A DNA stretch of 64,000 bases from an uncultured delta proteobacterium (GTDB taxonomy: Bacteria > Desulfobacterota > Syntrophobacteria > BM002), in the NCBI GenBank assembly GCA_963712115.1, contig CAVQGX010000043.1:1-64000 (forward strand), read 5' to 3'. How positions within the stretch are numbered: position 1 is the first letter of the stretch; each line of letters starts with the position of its first letter. The position numbers and the translations under genes are program-made. Positions 1-10,231 of this stretch are shown one piece after another. The notes below the pieces were generated by a model. That model searched no databases, had not been told where the DNA came from, and worked only from the letters and a program-made list of their open reading frames with translations.

Positions 1-507
1 ATAGAAGCCTTGGAGATGGCCCTTAATAACGAGTCGAGGGAGAGAGATTTCTATCTGAAGCATGCAGAGAGAACGAGCAACTCTTTCGGTAAGTTGATGT
101 TTCAATCCATCGCCAAAGATGAGGACGAACACTACCAAAAGATCCTGGAGCTGCACAAGAAGCTCAAGGAAAAGGGTAAGTGGCCAGAAACCATACCCTT
201 AAAGGTCAAGGGGGTGGATATGAAAGCGGTCCTCAAGAAGGTCATTGCCTCTGTAGACACTTCCGCCAAAGTTGACACCGATGACATGGAAGCTGTGAAG
301 ATCGCCATAGATTTTGAGTCGAAAGGAGAGAAGTTCTATAGCGATCTCCGCGACTCGGTTGACGACCCTATGGAGAAAGAATTCTATGGGATATTGGCTT
401 CCATGGAGCGGGAGCACCGCCTTTCCCTTGAGGATACCTATGATTATTTTAAAGACCCTGAAGGGTGGTACCGGATGAAGGAAAAACGTCATCTTGACGG
501 TGGCTAA
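1..507 (+). CDS. rubrerythrin/ferritin-like diiron protein (5' end probably outside the window)
   Basis: Frame is open from base 1; two ExxH motifs (DEDEH, MEREH) with repeated A..E...FY helices. Confidence 0.85.
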   Translation: MEALEMALNNESRERDFYLKHAERTSNSFGKLMFQSIAKDEDEHYQKILELHKKLKEKGKWPETIPLKVKGVDMKAVLKKVIASVDTSAKVDTDDMEAVKIAIDFESKGEKFYSDLRDSVDDPMEKEFYGILASMEREHRLSLEDTYDYFKDPEGWYRMKEKRHLDGG

Positions 508-520
508 ATCTCTGAATCAA

Positions 521-946
521 TCAATCTTCCCGGGAAACCTTCCAACCCCTTTCCCGTTTTAAATGACCCCGGTGCTTCTTGTGGGCAATCCGCTTTTCCT
601 TTGCTGCGGATGGTACTTTAATTGGCTTTCGTCCAGGCCTCAGTTCCAAAGCTTGCTGCAATAGCTCAACAAAGCGCTCCAAGGCCACCTCCCTGTTAGC
701 GGCCTGACTGCGAGTTTTCTGTGAGACAACCCGCAGCACTCCTAGCTTACTGATTCGAGTCGGCAGTCGCTCTAGTAGAAGCTGTTTCTGATCTGGGCTA
801 AGGCTGGGTGAGTTGGCCAGGTCAAACCTGAGTGTTACTCGAGTGCTGGCCTTATTGACGTGTTGGCCTCCTGGGCCACTGCTACGCGAAGCGGTGAACT
901 TGATTTCTTCCTGTGGAATCGAAAGTTGGTCGGTTATGCGAATCAT
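521..946 (-). CDS. arfB: alternative ribosome rescue peptidyl-tRNA hydrolase ArfB (YaeJ)
   Basis: RSSGPGGQHVNK GGQ motif, RSQxxNR, basic C-terminal tail. Confidence 0.93.
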   Translation of the reverse strand: MIRITDQLSIPQEEIKFTASRSSGPGGQHVNKASTRVTLRFDLANSPSLSPDQKQLLLERLPTRISKLGVLRVVSQKTRSQAANREVALERFVELLQQALELRPGRKPIKVPSAAKEKRIAHKKHRGHLKRERGWKVSRED

Positions 947-964
947 AGGAACAATATAGCATAT

Positions 965-1340
965 ACCTTCTCACATCTCATATTCAGTAGCCTGTAGTCA
1001 GCAGATCTCAGCATGGGGCATAGGGCATGGAGCATAGGGCAAATGCAAAATCTGCCTTTTCGCTATGCGCCATGCGAATGGTTGGCATATCCCACATCTC
1101 ACATCCCATATCCCAAATCCGCAATCCGCAATGCAAAATTCTAGCTGCCGTCCTCTGTCCTCTGTCGTCTAACCTCCGACCTCCGATCTCTGACCTCTAA
1201 TCTCTTCTCGCCGTGTCCCCGCTACTCCGTATCGTTCAGCAGTGCTCAGTGCTTAGTTCCTAGTGCCTAGTTTTCCTTGCTGCCTGCTGCCCGTTGCAAG
1301 CTGCCAGCTGACCTCTGCCCTCTGTTATCTGTCGTCTGGT
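965..1340. repeat. mosaic of degenerate heptamer tandem arrays
   Basis: Successive 7-bp periodic blocks: GGGCATA, TCCCACA, AATCCGC, GACCTCT, AGTGCCT, GCTGCCA. Confidence 0.8.
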
Positions 1341-2272
1341 GAATTACTTTGGGTGGCTTGGGTGCGAATCAGCTCGGGTGTCAGTTCGTCTTTCTCACTT
1401 CGTAATTGCAACACCACTATTGCTGTAATCACCAATATAGCACCAAGAACCTGAAAGGGTTCGAGGGTCTCACCAAGAAAAAGGTAGGCAATGAAGCCGG
1501 CAGAGATAGGTTCTAAGGTGGCCGTGATCGAAGCGCGGGTTGAACGGATGTAATTTATGCCGACAAAATAAAGGCCAAAGGGAACAGCGGTACCCAGGAA
1601 TGCTATGTACAAAAGCCCTGTCCATTGGGACCAGGTGAATCCTGCTACCAGGTAATGAAAGGGAGGATAGAAAATGTACCAGGGGATGGCTGAGAACAAC
1701 AGGGAATAGAAGAGTACGGTCCAGGGGGAGTAACGATGCATTGCCCTTTCACCAAGCAAAGCATATGAAGCATAGCAAACTGCCGAGGCTAGTCCCCACA
1801 ATATTCCTGCGCGGTTCAGCTGCAGAAGTTGGAGGTTGTACCCTCCAACCACCAGGTAGCAGCCAATAAAAGATAAAAACAGGGATAGCAACTTGAACAC
1901 GGTTAAGCGCTCTCTCCAAAAACAAACTGAGTAAAAGGCCACCAGAATTGGAGCAAGATACTGAAGGAGTATGGCTGCCGCCACTTGAATTTTGCTGATG
2001 GCGGTGAAGTAGGTCAACTGAACTAGGGCCATGACCACGCAGCCCAGGAAAGCTAGAAACCAGAAGTCTTTGCCTTGAATTCGAAAAAGATGTCTGGCGC
2101 GGATTCCAAAGAATAAGGCAAGGAGGAGGGATCCAAAGGTGGCTCTGACTTGAACAACATCCAATGGCGTAATTCCACCTGCGAAAAGTCCTTTTCCCAC
2201 TGTGCCTGAGGCAGCCCACAGTAAGGCTGCGCTTATCACACACAGATATCCTTTAGTTGAGTTGGTTGTCAC
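1325..2272 (-). CDS. EamA/DMT family transporter
   Basis: About 10 TM helices in two EamA repeats; LEP motif; LGE near C-terminus. Confidence 0.9.
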   Translation of the reverse strand: MTTNSTKGYLCVISAALLWAASGTVGKGLFAGGITPLDVVQVRATFGSLLLALFFGIRARHLFRIQGKDFWFLAFLGCVVMALVQLTYFTAISKIQVAAAILLQYLAPILVAFYSVCFWRERLTVFKLLSLFLSFIGCYLVVGGYNLQLLQLNRAGILWGLASAVCYASYALLGERAMHRYSPWTVLFYSLLFSAIPWYIFYPPFHYLVAGFTWSQWTGLLYIAFLGTAVPFGLYFVGINYIRSTRASITATLEPISAGFIAYLFLGETLEPFQVLGAILVITAIVVLQLRSEKDELTPELIRTQATQSNSPDDR

Positions 2273-2284
2273 GGCGATGCCCCC

Positions 2285-2467
2285 AGCCCGGATATTTCAC
2301 GAATGGCCGTCGCGAGACCGTGGAGAAGGCTGTGCCACCGGGCAACCGCAGGGGGTTGGACCCGAGGCGCACTTGGAAAGTACGTCGCAGGGTCCGACAC
2401 CCGAGGACGACCGGGAGGACGGTCATAACCACGGTCGCAGTAGGCCATTCGTGAAATATCCGGGCTA
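2285..2467. mobile_element. MITE copy 1 (AGCCCGGATATTTCA terminal inverted repeat family)
   Basis: 24-bp perfect TIR agcccggatatttcacgaatggcc / ggccattcgtgaaatatccgggct; homologous copies at 12388, 42431 and 55879. Confidence 0.85.
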
Positions 2468-3163
2468 ATAACTCCCATAGGTTCGACGGATTTGCTTAAA
2501 CAGGGGATTCATGTCATACATGTAGGATTGTTTCTCCAAACTGTCCAATTTATTCAACCACTTTTGCCGGTAAGCTTCCTGCCCTTTTCTGAATGGCACT
2601 GAGGTTTGTTGCCAGCTGGGATGTTCCATTTGCGTCTTCAAGGCGTCCAACTCGAAGAGGATAGGAAATAATCCCTTGAGCCTGACCTCGCTATTTTCGC
2701 TGGTATCGACATTTTTCAAATAGTTTAACTCTCCCGTGGCCCAGAATTTGGCGTGTGCTCCTTCATGTTGAACAACGCTTTGGAAATCGCCATAAGTGAA
2801 GGCGGGGTGGAACATCTTCGGGCCAAAGGTCATCCTAGAAGGATAGCCCCGGCCAATAGCAAGGGCATGGCTAGTGGTCCGATAGCTTCCATTTTCAGCC
2901 CTCACCAAGGGGTTGGTAACGGCAAAGACCTTTACTTCGCTAGAATATAGGATCTCCAGTACATAATCCGGTAACCCCTCCCGTTGCACGTACGATTCGA
3001 TGAAATTGTTGCGCAACTGCGGTTCTCTCTGAGCCTGGAAAAAAAACTCTCGGAGGTCATTGGTTTGGCCCGTGACCCTGTCGATGCAAGGCGGTAGGAG
3101 GGCAATCATCAGAACAGTGACGAAAAGCCTATAGATTTTAATGTTCGAATGGCTACCTTGCAC
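2465..3163 (-). CDS. exported hypothetical protein with HExxH (zincin-like) motif
   Basis: N-terminal hydrophobic segment; QHEGAH followed by downstream Glu (FELDA). Confidence 0.6.
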   Translation of the reverse strand: MQGSHSNIKIYRLFVTVLMIALLPPCIDRVTGQTNDLREFFFQAQREPQLRNNFIESYVQREGLPDYVLEILYSSEVKVFAVTNPLVRAENGSYRTTSHALAIGRGYPSRMTFGPKMFHPAFTYGDFQSVVQHEGAHAKFWATGELNYLKNVDTSENSEVRLKGLFPILFELDALKTQMEHPSWQQTSVPFRKGQEAYRQKWLNKLDSLEKQSYMYDMNPLFKQIRRTYGSY

Positions 3164-3183
3164 TGCACAGACCTGCTGACTGT

Positions 3184-3253
3184 AGTGTTCAGGTTTCAGG
3201 TGTCAGGAAAAGGAAAAATAGAGTGTAAAACCTGACACCTGAACACTGAAACC
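3184..3253. repeat. inverted heptamer array pair (CAGGTGT / ACACCTG)
   Basis: gtgttcaggtttcaggtgtcagg ... cctgacacctgaacactgaaac. Confidence 0.75.
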
Positions 3254-3286
3254 CAAAGCCCTACATCAATTTCAATCAGACCGGGG

Positions 3287-5401
3287 TTAAACCGAAGCAA
3301 ACTGCAATTGGTGCAAACGGTAATAGAACTCTCTGCGTGAGAGAAGATCCTCTTGAGTGCCGTGTTCGACAATCCTTCCTTTATGTAAGACCAAAATCCG
3401 ATCAGCTTGGCGTATGGTGGAAAGCCTATGGGCTATAACCAGGGTGGTTCTTCCTTGAAAAAGGCGTTGCAAGGCCTGCTGAATCAGGTACTCTGTCTCA
3501 CTGTCAATGTTTGCTGTGGCCTCATCGAGAATTAGTACTTTCGGGTCATAAGCCATAGCCCGGGCGATGGCGAGGAGTTGACGCTGCCCAGTGGAAAGGG
3601 TGACGCCACCTTCCTGCACCTCCGCATCCAGTTGGCCGGGAAGGCGGGAAACCAGATCTTCCAGGTGAGCCAGGCGAGTAATTCTCTCAAGCTCTCTTGA
3701 GGATATGTGGCGATTTAAGGCGATATTTTCCCTCAACCTTCCGGCAAAGAGAAATACATCTTGCATTATCAGTCCAACCTGAGACCTGAGCCAGGACAGG
3801 TCCAGATCTCGAATATCTCTCCCATCAAGAAGAATTCTTCCCCCCTGTGGTTGGTGAAATCTTTCTAAGAGATGCATCAGAGTGGTTTTGCCGGCGCCGG
3901 TGACACCCACAATCGCAAGGGTTTCGCCACTCCGGACCTTGAAAGAGATATCTTTCAAAACCGGTTCGTCGTGGTGATAGCCAAAAGTCACCTGTTGAAA
4001 CTCGATTTCACCCTTCAGCGAGTGAGGTTTGGCTTTGCCGGAAGTGTATTTCTCCTTCTCCTTGTCGTCCAGAAGAAGGAAGATGCGCTCGGCAGAAGCC
4101 ATGGCGGACTGCATAATGCTGTATTTTTGTGAGACATCTCGAATGGGTCCAAAAAACATTCGCAGGTAAGAAATAAAAACCACGAGAGCGCCAAGAGTCA
4201 GACTATCAGACAAAACCTGCCTGCCCCCATACCAGAGGAGCAATGCGATGGTGGTAGTGGCCAGTAATTCAATACAGGGGAAAAAGACTGCTTGGATAGT
4301 TATTTGTCTCACGGTGGCGTTGTAGTAACTATGGTTGAGAGCTTCAAAACGACTCAAGGTCGCCCTCTCTTGGCGAAAAATTTTGATTACCCTGATGCCG
4401 GAAAGATATTCATTTAGAACAGCATTGATCTTGGCCAATTTGGCTCTAATCTCTCGGTAGGCGGAGCGAACCTGGATACCAAAAGCACGAAAAAGAACCG
4501 CTATGAGGGGAATAACGGACAGGGTGACCAGGGTGAGAGTCCAACTGAGGTTAAAGAGAATCACTAGAATACCAAAAAGCAGTACCGCATCTTTTAAAAG
4601 GGTCATCACCACGGATCCGAACATCTCGTCCAGGTTTTGGATGTCATTGGTCAGACGGGTGACCAGTCTTCCAACCGGATTTCGGTTGAAGAAGGAGAGA
4701 GACATTTTTTGTAGATGGCTAAAAAGCTGCATACGCAAGTCGTGCATCATGTGTTGGCCGGCATAGACCATCAACAGATTCTGGCCAAAGGTACAAGCTG
4801 CGCTAAGGAGAAGAAGCGAAACAAAGATGAATCCCAAACGGTAGAGCCCGGAGATGTCGTGTCTGCGCAAGGCAACGATCTCAGCGGCTGAGAGTTTGGC
4901 CTGATCTCGGTAGTTAATGTAAGTAATTCCATTGGCACTGTGAAAAAGGCTGGGATGGGCCAGAACTACTTCTTTTTGGGCTGCGGTTTGGATGGAAGTG
5001 AAATAGAAACGCTGGGGGGTAATCACGCCCTTTTCTTCAAGCCATCGAAGCAGGCGAGGATCCACCTGGGTCAAAGTTTGTCCGCTTATGAAGAATTGTC
5101 CAGGTTCCGGGCCCAAGTTTAACTTTCCACGGACCTGGTTGAGAAAGCTTGTGAGTGGTGGCTCCGCCGGGGCTTCCGGCACCCTCACTTGTCGGGCAGA
5201 AGGCAAAATGTATCTGTCTATACCTACCTTGAGCAAGTAAGGTAGGGCGAGGTCGAATCCGGTTACTAACAAGATGAGCACGCAGCTCAAGCCGATAACT
5301 TTGAGGTAGGCTCGTGCATAGCCGGCCAGACGACGCCAGAGCGGCCAGTCATATGGCTTTCCTAACTTCCCTTCCTCAAAGTAGCCGTAATTACCGTGCA
5401 T
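3287..5401 (-). CDS. ABC exporter, fused TMD-NBD (MdlB/YheH-like half) with a long loop after TM1
   Basis: Walker A GVTGAGKT, LSTGQRQ signature, ILDEAT, AHRLST. Confidence 0.92.
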   Translation of the reverse strand: MHGNYGYFEEGKLGKPYDWPLWRRLAGYARAYLKVIGLSCVLILLVTGFDLALPYLLKVGIDRYILPSARQVRVPEAPAEPPLTSFLNQVRGKLNLGPEPGQFFISGQTLTQVDPRLLRWLEEKGVITPQRFYFTSIQTAAQKEVVLAHPSLFHSANGITYINYRDQAKLSAAEIVALRRHDISGLYRLGFIFVSLLLLSAACTFGQNLLMVYAGQHMMHDLRMQLFSHLQKMSLSFFNRNPVGRLVTRLTNDIQNLDEMFGSVVMTLLKDAVLLFGILVILFNLSWTLTLVTLSVIPLIAVLFRAFGIQVRSAYREIRAKLAKINAVLNEYLSGIRVIKIFRQERATLSRFEALNHSYYNATVRQITIQAVFFPCIELLATTTIALLLWYGGRQVLSDSLTLGALVVFISYLRMFFGPIRDVSQKYSIMQSAMASAERIFLLLDDKEKEKYTSGKAKPHSLKGEIEFQQVTFGYHHDEPVLKDISFKVRSGETLAIVGVTGAGKTTLMHLLERFHQPQGGRILLDGRDIRDLDLSWLRSQVGLIMQDVFLFAGRLRENIALNRHISSRELERITRLAHLEDLVSRLPGQLDAEVQEGGVTLSTGQRQLLAIARAMAYDPKVLILDEATANIDSETEYLIQQALQRLFQGRTTLVIAHRLSTIRQADRILVLHKGRIVEHGTQEDLLSRREFYYRLHQLQFASV

Positions 5402-5640
5402 GTCGAAAAATGCCTAAAGTGAACTAAAGTGAGCTAAAATGCCTAAAATTAACCATCGTTGCAGTCGTTCAAATCGTAAAGGCTCAAGGAACCAGAATGG
5501 AAGAATGCTCTTTTTGTTTTTGCCTCCTGGATTCTGAATTCTAGCTCCTTAATTCTTAAATAATTTGGTGCCTAGTGCTTAGTCCCTAGTACCTAGTTTT
5601 CATTGCTGCCAGCTGTCCTCTGCCCTCCGACCTCTGCCTC

Positions 5641-7398
5641 CTATCCAATCGTTGCTTCCTCGTATAACTCTTCCTCCAATTTCTGGCGGCGGTACAAGGC
5701 AGCATAGAGCCCACTTTGCGCCATAAGCTGATCGTGATTTCCCTGCTCCTGCAAGCGCCCCTGGTCAAAGACAAAAACCACGTCAGCAGCGCGCATGACC
5801 TCTAAGCGGTGCGAAGCGATAATGGTAGTTCTGTTCTGGAAATAGCGGTTGAGATTGCTGAGAATGGCCAGTTCTGTTTCAAAATCCACTGAAGAGAAGC
5901 AGTCGTCGAGAATTAGCAAAGGCGCAGACAACAACAGCGCCCTGGCAAGAGTGAGGCGCTGCTTTTGACCACCGGACAAAGTAACGCCACGTTCTCCCAG
6001 GAGGGTATCGAACTGCTGGGGCAGGGCGAGGATTTCCTTGAGTAGATGTGCCGCCTCAGCAGCTTTTGTAATCTCTTCCATGCTGGCGCTCGGATTCCCG
6101 AAACAAATGTTTGCTTTAACCGTGTCTGCAAAGATAAAAGGATCCTGGGATACCACCGCGATGGCTCGCCGAAGCTCCTCCAGAGGGTAGCGATGTATTT
6201 CCTCTCCATCAAGGAAAAGCTTGCCGTAAGGTATATCGTAGAGGCGGGGTAATAACTGGCAAAGAGTGCTTTTCCCAGCACCTGTGCGGCCGACTATCCC
6301 CACCACCTGTCCGGGTTTGATGCTCAGATGGACATTCTCCAGAGCCGGCAATTTGAAACCGGGATATGTAAAGCTAATCCCCCGACCTTCAATATCGCCA
6401 TGGGTAAGGGGTTGATTGACTACTTCTGACTCATCATCGATTTCGGCAGGGGTGTCCAGAATTGTTTTAATTCTGCCTAAAGAGGCCGATCCCCGTTGAA
6501 ATAAATTTATCATCCACCCAAGGGCCATCATGGGCCAGGCGAGGATGAGCAGATAGCTGTTAAAGGCAACGAAGTCACCGGTAGAAATTGTGTTTAGAAT
6601 GGTAAGCTTGCCGCCGACCACAAGGACCAAGGCCATGCTCAGGTTTGTAAATAAAAGACTCATGGGGGAAAAGAGGCCGCCAATTTTAACCATACCGAGA
6701 TTTTCTGCGATATATTCCCTCCCGGTTTGATCAAAGCGTCTGGCTTCCGCCTCTTCCTGGGTATAGGCCTTTATTGCGCGTATGCCGGCGAGATTCTCTC
6801 TGGCGCGCTCTGTCAGGCGGGAGAAGGAGGCCTGCACTTGTCGGAAGCGCTCGTAGAAAGTCTTACTTATGGTACGGGCGAAAAGGGCGATGAAAGGCAT
6901 GGGCAACAGGGCAATAAGGGTAAGAGCGGGATTAATGTATAGCATGAAGCCAATCGCAGCAGTTCCCAGAACCAGGGTATCTGTAAGAGCTACCAGCCCC
7001 ATACCGGTTGCCAGCTGCACCGCTTGGATGTCATTGGTGGCGTGAGCCATAAGATCCCCGGTGCTAGCCCTGTCAAAGTAAGAGAAAGGAAGAGTTTGTA
7101 AGTGGGCAAAAAGACGATTCCGCAGAGCCTCTTCAACTTGACGGGAATGGCCAAAAAGGCACCGCCTCCACACGAAGCGGAAGACTACGATGCCCAAGGC
7201 CAAGGCCAGAACCATCCCGGCATAGGCTAGAAGTCTGGAGCTAGTGGCCTGGTAGCGAGTGAGGTCGTCCACAGCCAGCTTGATGACCCTTGGAATCAGG
7301 AGCTGCAAAAAATCCACCAGTAGCAGCGAGCCGACTCCCATGACAATTATGCTAAGATTCTGGCGAAAATATGGAAGAAGAATACGATAGTGGGTCAT
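5641..7398 (-). CDS. ABC exporter, fused TMD-NBD (MdlA/YheI-like half)
   Basis: GRTGAGKS, LSGGQKQR, degenerate Walker B ILDDCFS typical of the MdlA half. Confidence 0.92.
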   Translation of the reverse strand: MTHYRILLPYFRQNLSIIVMGVGSLLLVDFLQLLIPRVIKLAVDDLTRYQATSSRLLAYAGMVLALALGIVVFRFVWRRCLFGHSRQVEEALRNRLFAHLQTLPFSYFDRASTGDLMAHATNDIQAVQLATGMGLVALTDTLVLGTAAIGFMLYINPALTLIALLPMPFIALFARTISKTFYERFRQVQASFSRLTERARENLAGIRAIKAYTQEEAEARRFDQTGREYIAENLGMVKIGGLFSPMSLLFTNLSMALVLVVGGKLTILNTISTGDFVAFNSYLLILAWPMMALGWMINLFQRGSASLGRIKTILDTPAEIDDESEVVNQPLTHGDIEGRGISFTYPGFKLPALENVHLSIKPGQVVGIVGRTGAGKSTLCQLLPRLYDIPYGKLFLDGEEIHRYPLEELRRAIAVVSQDPFIFADTVKANICFGNPSASMEEITKAAEAAHLLKEILALPQQFDTLLGERGVTLSGGQKQRLTLARALLLSAPLLILDDCFSSVDFETELAILSNLNRYFQNRTTIIASHRLEVMRAADVVFVFDQGRLQEQGNHDQLMAQSGLYAALYRRQKLEEELYEEATIG

Positions 7399-7506
7399 GG
7401 TTGGATATTATCATAAAGAGGCTGGAGAGTTTAGGTCTGCTTGTGGCGCATTGAAGAGCGAGACGTCTCGCCGTGTAGTTCCTAGAGCTGACCGCTGTCC
7501 CCTGGA

Positions 7507-8733
7507 TTACAGCATACTCTTTTCGCTTTCTTCAATGGCTTTGTCTACTTTTGCTTGTAGCTCCGGGGGCAACCCTTCGATTTGCACATTCAAAAAACCC
7601 CTAACAATTGTGGCGGTGGCTTCTTCCTCGGAGAGCCCGCGGGCCATCAAGTACTCAATTTCCTCTTCAGCGATTTTACCCACCGCCGCCTCGTGCGACA
7701 TTTCCGCCCCGGACCTGTGAGCTTCCAGCTCCGGTATGGCGTGGATGATGCCTTCATCAGCAAGGATAAGCCCGTGGCATTCAAGGTGAGCCTTGACATT
7801 CGGCTTCAAGCCTATTAAATGACCCCTCGCCTTGATCAATCCTCCGGTTGTAATAGCCCTAGAGACTATCTCAGCCCGGGTGTTGGAGGCTTCCAACACC
7901 ACCCGAGCGCCTGTGTCAAGCTCACACCCTGGAGGAGCCAGCAGAATTGAGTGAAAGCGAGCCACCGCCCCAGGCCCTATTAAGCGAGTGGTGGGGTACA
8001 TTTGCAGCGAGCGCACGGGCCTTAAGCTCACATAATTGGAGAGAAACAAGCCATCCTCTTCAACCACGATACCCGATCGGGGTCTTACCATTACCTCTTC
8101 AGCCCAATCGTGAATCATGGTGAAAGTGAGTTTCGCTCCTCGTTTGACGTAAAATTCAGAGATACCTATATGAATACCTGTTTGTAGACTAGGGGCTGTG
8201 GCGCAACCGGTGATTATATTGAGTTCAGAACCTTCTTCGGCGATTATGACGTTATGAACATTCTGGGCCGTATTGTCATGTTTCATATAGAGGCAGGCTT
8301 GAATGGGAGTGGTGACACGTTGTCCCTCGAGAGCCCGGATAAAGTAGCCGTTTTGAAAATGTAGTTCAGCCTGTGCTGTGTATTTGTCAGCATCCACTGG
8401 GACGGCCTGCCAGTAGAATTCTTCCAGCCAAGGATGCTCCTCCATGGCCTGAGCCATGGGGAGTACTTCTAACCCCGGCTGCTTGACCGCGCAATGGACA
8501 ATTCGATTGTCTGCCTGCAAGAAAGTCCCGGCCCTGTTCTGCTCATCGAGATCAACGCCCGATTGGATGATCTTCGCTCGGTCTTCTTGAGTTAGTCCCT
8601 CAAGGTCTAGGGGATCAGTTTTATCGTCCGAAAGTAGCTGGTACTTAAGCAGGTCAATATCTGTGCCAAAGGCAGCCTTCTTATCTTTAGCCTGTGCTGC
8701 TTGGGTTTTTCTCACCTTTGACATTTGAGACAC
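7507..8733 (-). CDS. sufB: Fe-S cluster assembly scaffold, SufB/SufD family (SmsB type)
   Basis: ECHGLIL, IPELE, SHEAAVGKI, YLMARGL motifs. Confidence 0.88.
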   Translation of the reverse strand: MSQMSKVRKTQAAQAKDKKAAFGTDIDLLKYQLLSDDKTDPLDLEGLTQEDRAKIIQSGVDLDEQNRAGTFLQADNRIVHCAVKQPGLEVLPMAQAMEEHPWLEEFYWQAVPVDADKYTAQAELHFQNGYFIRALEGQRVTTPIQACLYMKHDNTAQNVHNVIIAEEGSELNIITGCATAPSLQTGIHIGISEFYVKRGAKLTFTMIHDWAEEVMVRPRSGIVVEEDGLFLSNYVSLRPVRSLQMYPTTRLIGPGAVARFHSILLAPPGCELDTGARVVLEASNTRAEIVSRAITTGGLIKARGHLIGLKPNVKAHLECHGLILADEGIIHAIPELEAHRSGAEMSHEAAVGKIAEEEIEYLMARGLSEEEATATIVRGFLNVQIEGLPPELQAKVDKAIEESEKSML

Positions 8734-9434
8734 TCCTGGTATCCGTGTCGCTGGATTCCTTTGAAAAGCTCGCGAGGATTACCACGGCAGTGGATACGGC
8801 CGTCCAAGAGCACGTAGCCAGCGTCTGCTTCTATATAGTTGAGAATGAAACCCAAGTGGGAGATGACCAGACCTGATTTGGCCCGTTTACGCCAGAGATA
8901 CTTTTCCAGCAGCTTATTTATAGCTTTTCCCAGGATTTGAAGATTCTCCAAGTCAACTCCAGATTCAGGCTCGTCCAGCATCACCAACTCAGGGTCCTGG
9001 AGGAGTAGCTGTAGTAGCTCAGATTTTTTCATCTCACCGCCGGAAAAGCCAACATTTAGTTCTCGTTCTAAGAGACCCGAAAAATTAAACTTATCTGCCA
9101 GGTCATCACATGATACCGCATTGATGTTGCAGACGTTGAAAACGTCACGGGTCTTGACCCCCCGAATACTAGGTGGACGTTGGAATGCCATACCGATTCC
9201 CATTTTTGCCCGTTCATCAATGGGTAATTTGGTGATATCCACACCTTTAAAAGAAATTCGGCCCTGTCGCACCTTGTACCTGCGGAAACCCATAATGGTC
9301 ATGAGGAGGGAAGATTTGCCCGAACCGTTCTTGCCAAAAAGGATATGGGTTTCGCCACTAGGGATGGTAAGGTTGACGCCTTTTAAAACCTCTTTACCGT
9401 TGACATCCACCCAAAGGTCATTTATTTCCAACAT
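8712..9434 (-). CDS. sufC: Fe-S cluster assembly ATPase, SufC family (SmsC type)
   Basis: GKNGSGKS, NVGFSGGE, LDEPESGVD, C-terminal CxxC; overlaps sufB. Confidence 0.9.
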   Translation of the reverse strand: MLEINDLWVDVNGKEVLKGVNLTIPSGETHILFGKNGSGKSSLLMTIMGFRRYKVRQGRISFKGVDITKLPIDERAKMGIGMAFQRPPSIRGVKTRDVFNVCNINAVSCDDLADKFNFSGLLERELNVGFSGGEMKKSELLQLLLQDPELVMLDEPESGVDLENLQILGKAINKLLEKYLWRKRAKSGLVISHLGFILNYIEADAGYVLLDGRIHCRGNPRELFKGIQRHGYQECLKCQR

Positions 9435-9450
9435 GTGATAATCTCCCTCT

Positions 9451-9562
9451 AGGAAATTGAGGAATTAGGGATTGAGGAATTGATAATGATTAAGAGAACC
9501 TTTGGATTTGCCATGCCCTAATTCCTTAATCCCTTAATCCCTAAATTCCTCAATCCTAAATT
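9451..9562. repeat. inverted 8-bp periodic arrays (GAGGAATT / AATTCCTC)
   Basis: aggaaattgaggaattagggattgaggaatt ... aattccttaatcccttaatccctaaattcctcaatcct. Confidence 0.75.
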
Positions 9563-9616
9563 ATCCCTATTTCGAAATTGCTCGGGCCGCTTCTAGCGGG
9601 CTAAAAATGCGTGCTT

Positions 9617-9645
9617 ACCATAACCGATAGCGTATGAAAATGCAA
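9617..9645 (-). promoter_or_regulatory. putative sigma70 promoter of sufCB
   Basis: TTGCAT-N17-TATGGT on the minus strand. Confidence 0.4.
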
Positions 9646-9876
9646 TAAATCCCATGGCGCAGAGCGGTTGCTCAGATTTCGCATTTATCAATTTTCATTT
9701 TCCATTCTCAAACCAAAAGTACCAAAGCTAATCAATAAATGATAAATGATAAATGAGAAACGTACGGTGGGCACAGCCCACTGAACAAAGCTTGCTCTAC
9801 CCAAGCAAAAGTGTTACGGTAACGATCTTCACAGGTTTTGCTTGCACTATGTAGATCCAGGAGCATTGAAACAGTT

Positions 9877-10065
9877 ATGGGTGCTGGCTCTATCTTTTTG
9901 ATGAGGATGGGTTTAGGCATTCTCTTTGCCTTTATTTTAGTGAAGATATTTCACCTCGGTGGCGGTATCTTGACAATGGCAGGTTTTGCAGTCTTTTTTG
10001 TAGGGCTTGCATATCTACTCGCCCATTTGCGGGAAAGAAGACAGAGTCAAGAGCGACTGAGGTGA
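9877..10065 (+). CDS. small two-TM membrane protein
   Basis: 62 aa from ATG 9877, AGGAG upstream, two hydrophobic helices and a basic tail. Confidence 0.6.
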   Translation: MGAGSIFLMRMGLGILFAFILVKIFHLGGGILTMAGFAVFFVGLAYLLAHLRERRQSQERLR

Positions 10066-10231
10066 TTGTTGACAGTTGCAGAAATGTTTGGTCATATTTA
10101 TTATTAACACTGCTGCCATGTTTTTGGTGAAATATTTATCAGTGTTTCCAGCTTTAGGGTTTCGTTTTGATTTTTGTTTCGAAGTCAGCCGTTATCCCAT
10201 TGTTGATACAAATCTAATATGAGGTGATCAA

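Noticed and set aside
965-1340. CRISPR array in the repeat-rich gaps
   Set aside because: Units are 7-8 bp, degenerate and tandem without unique spacers, and there are no cas genes.
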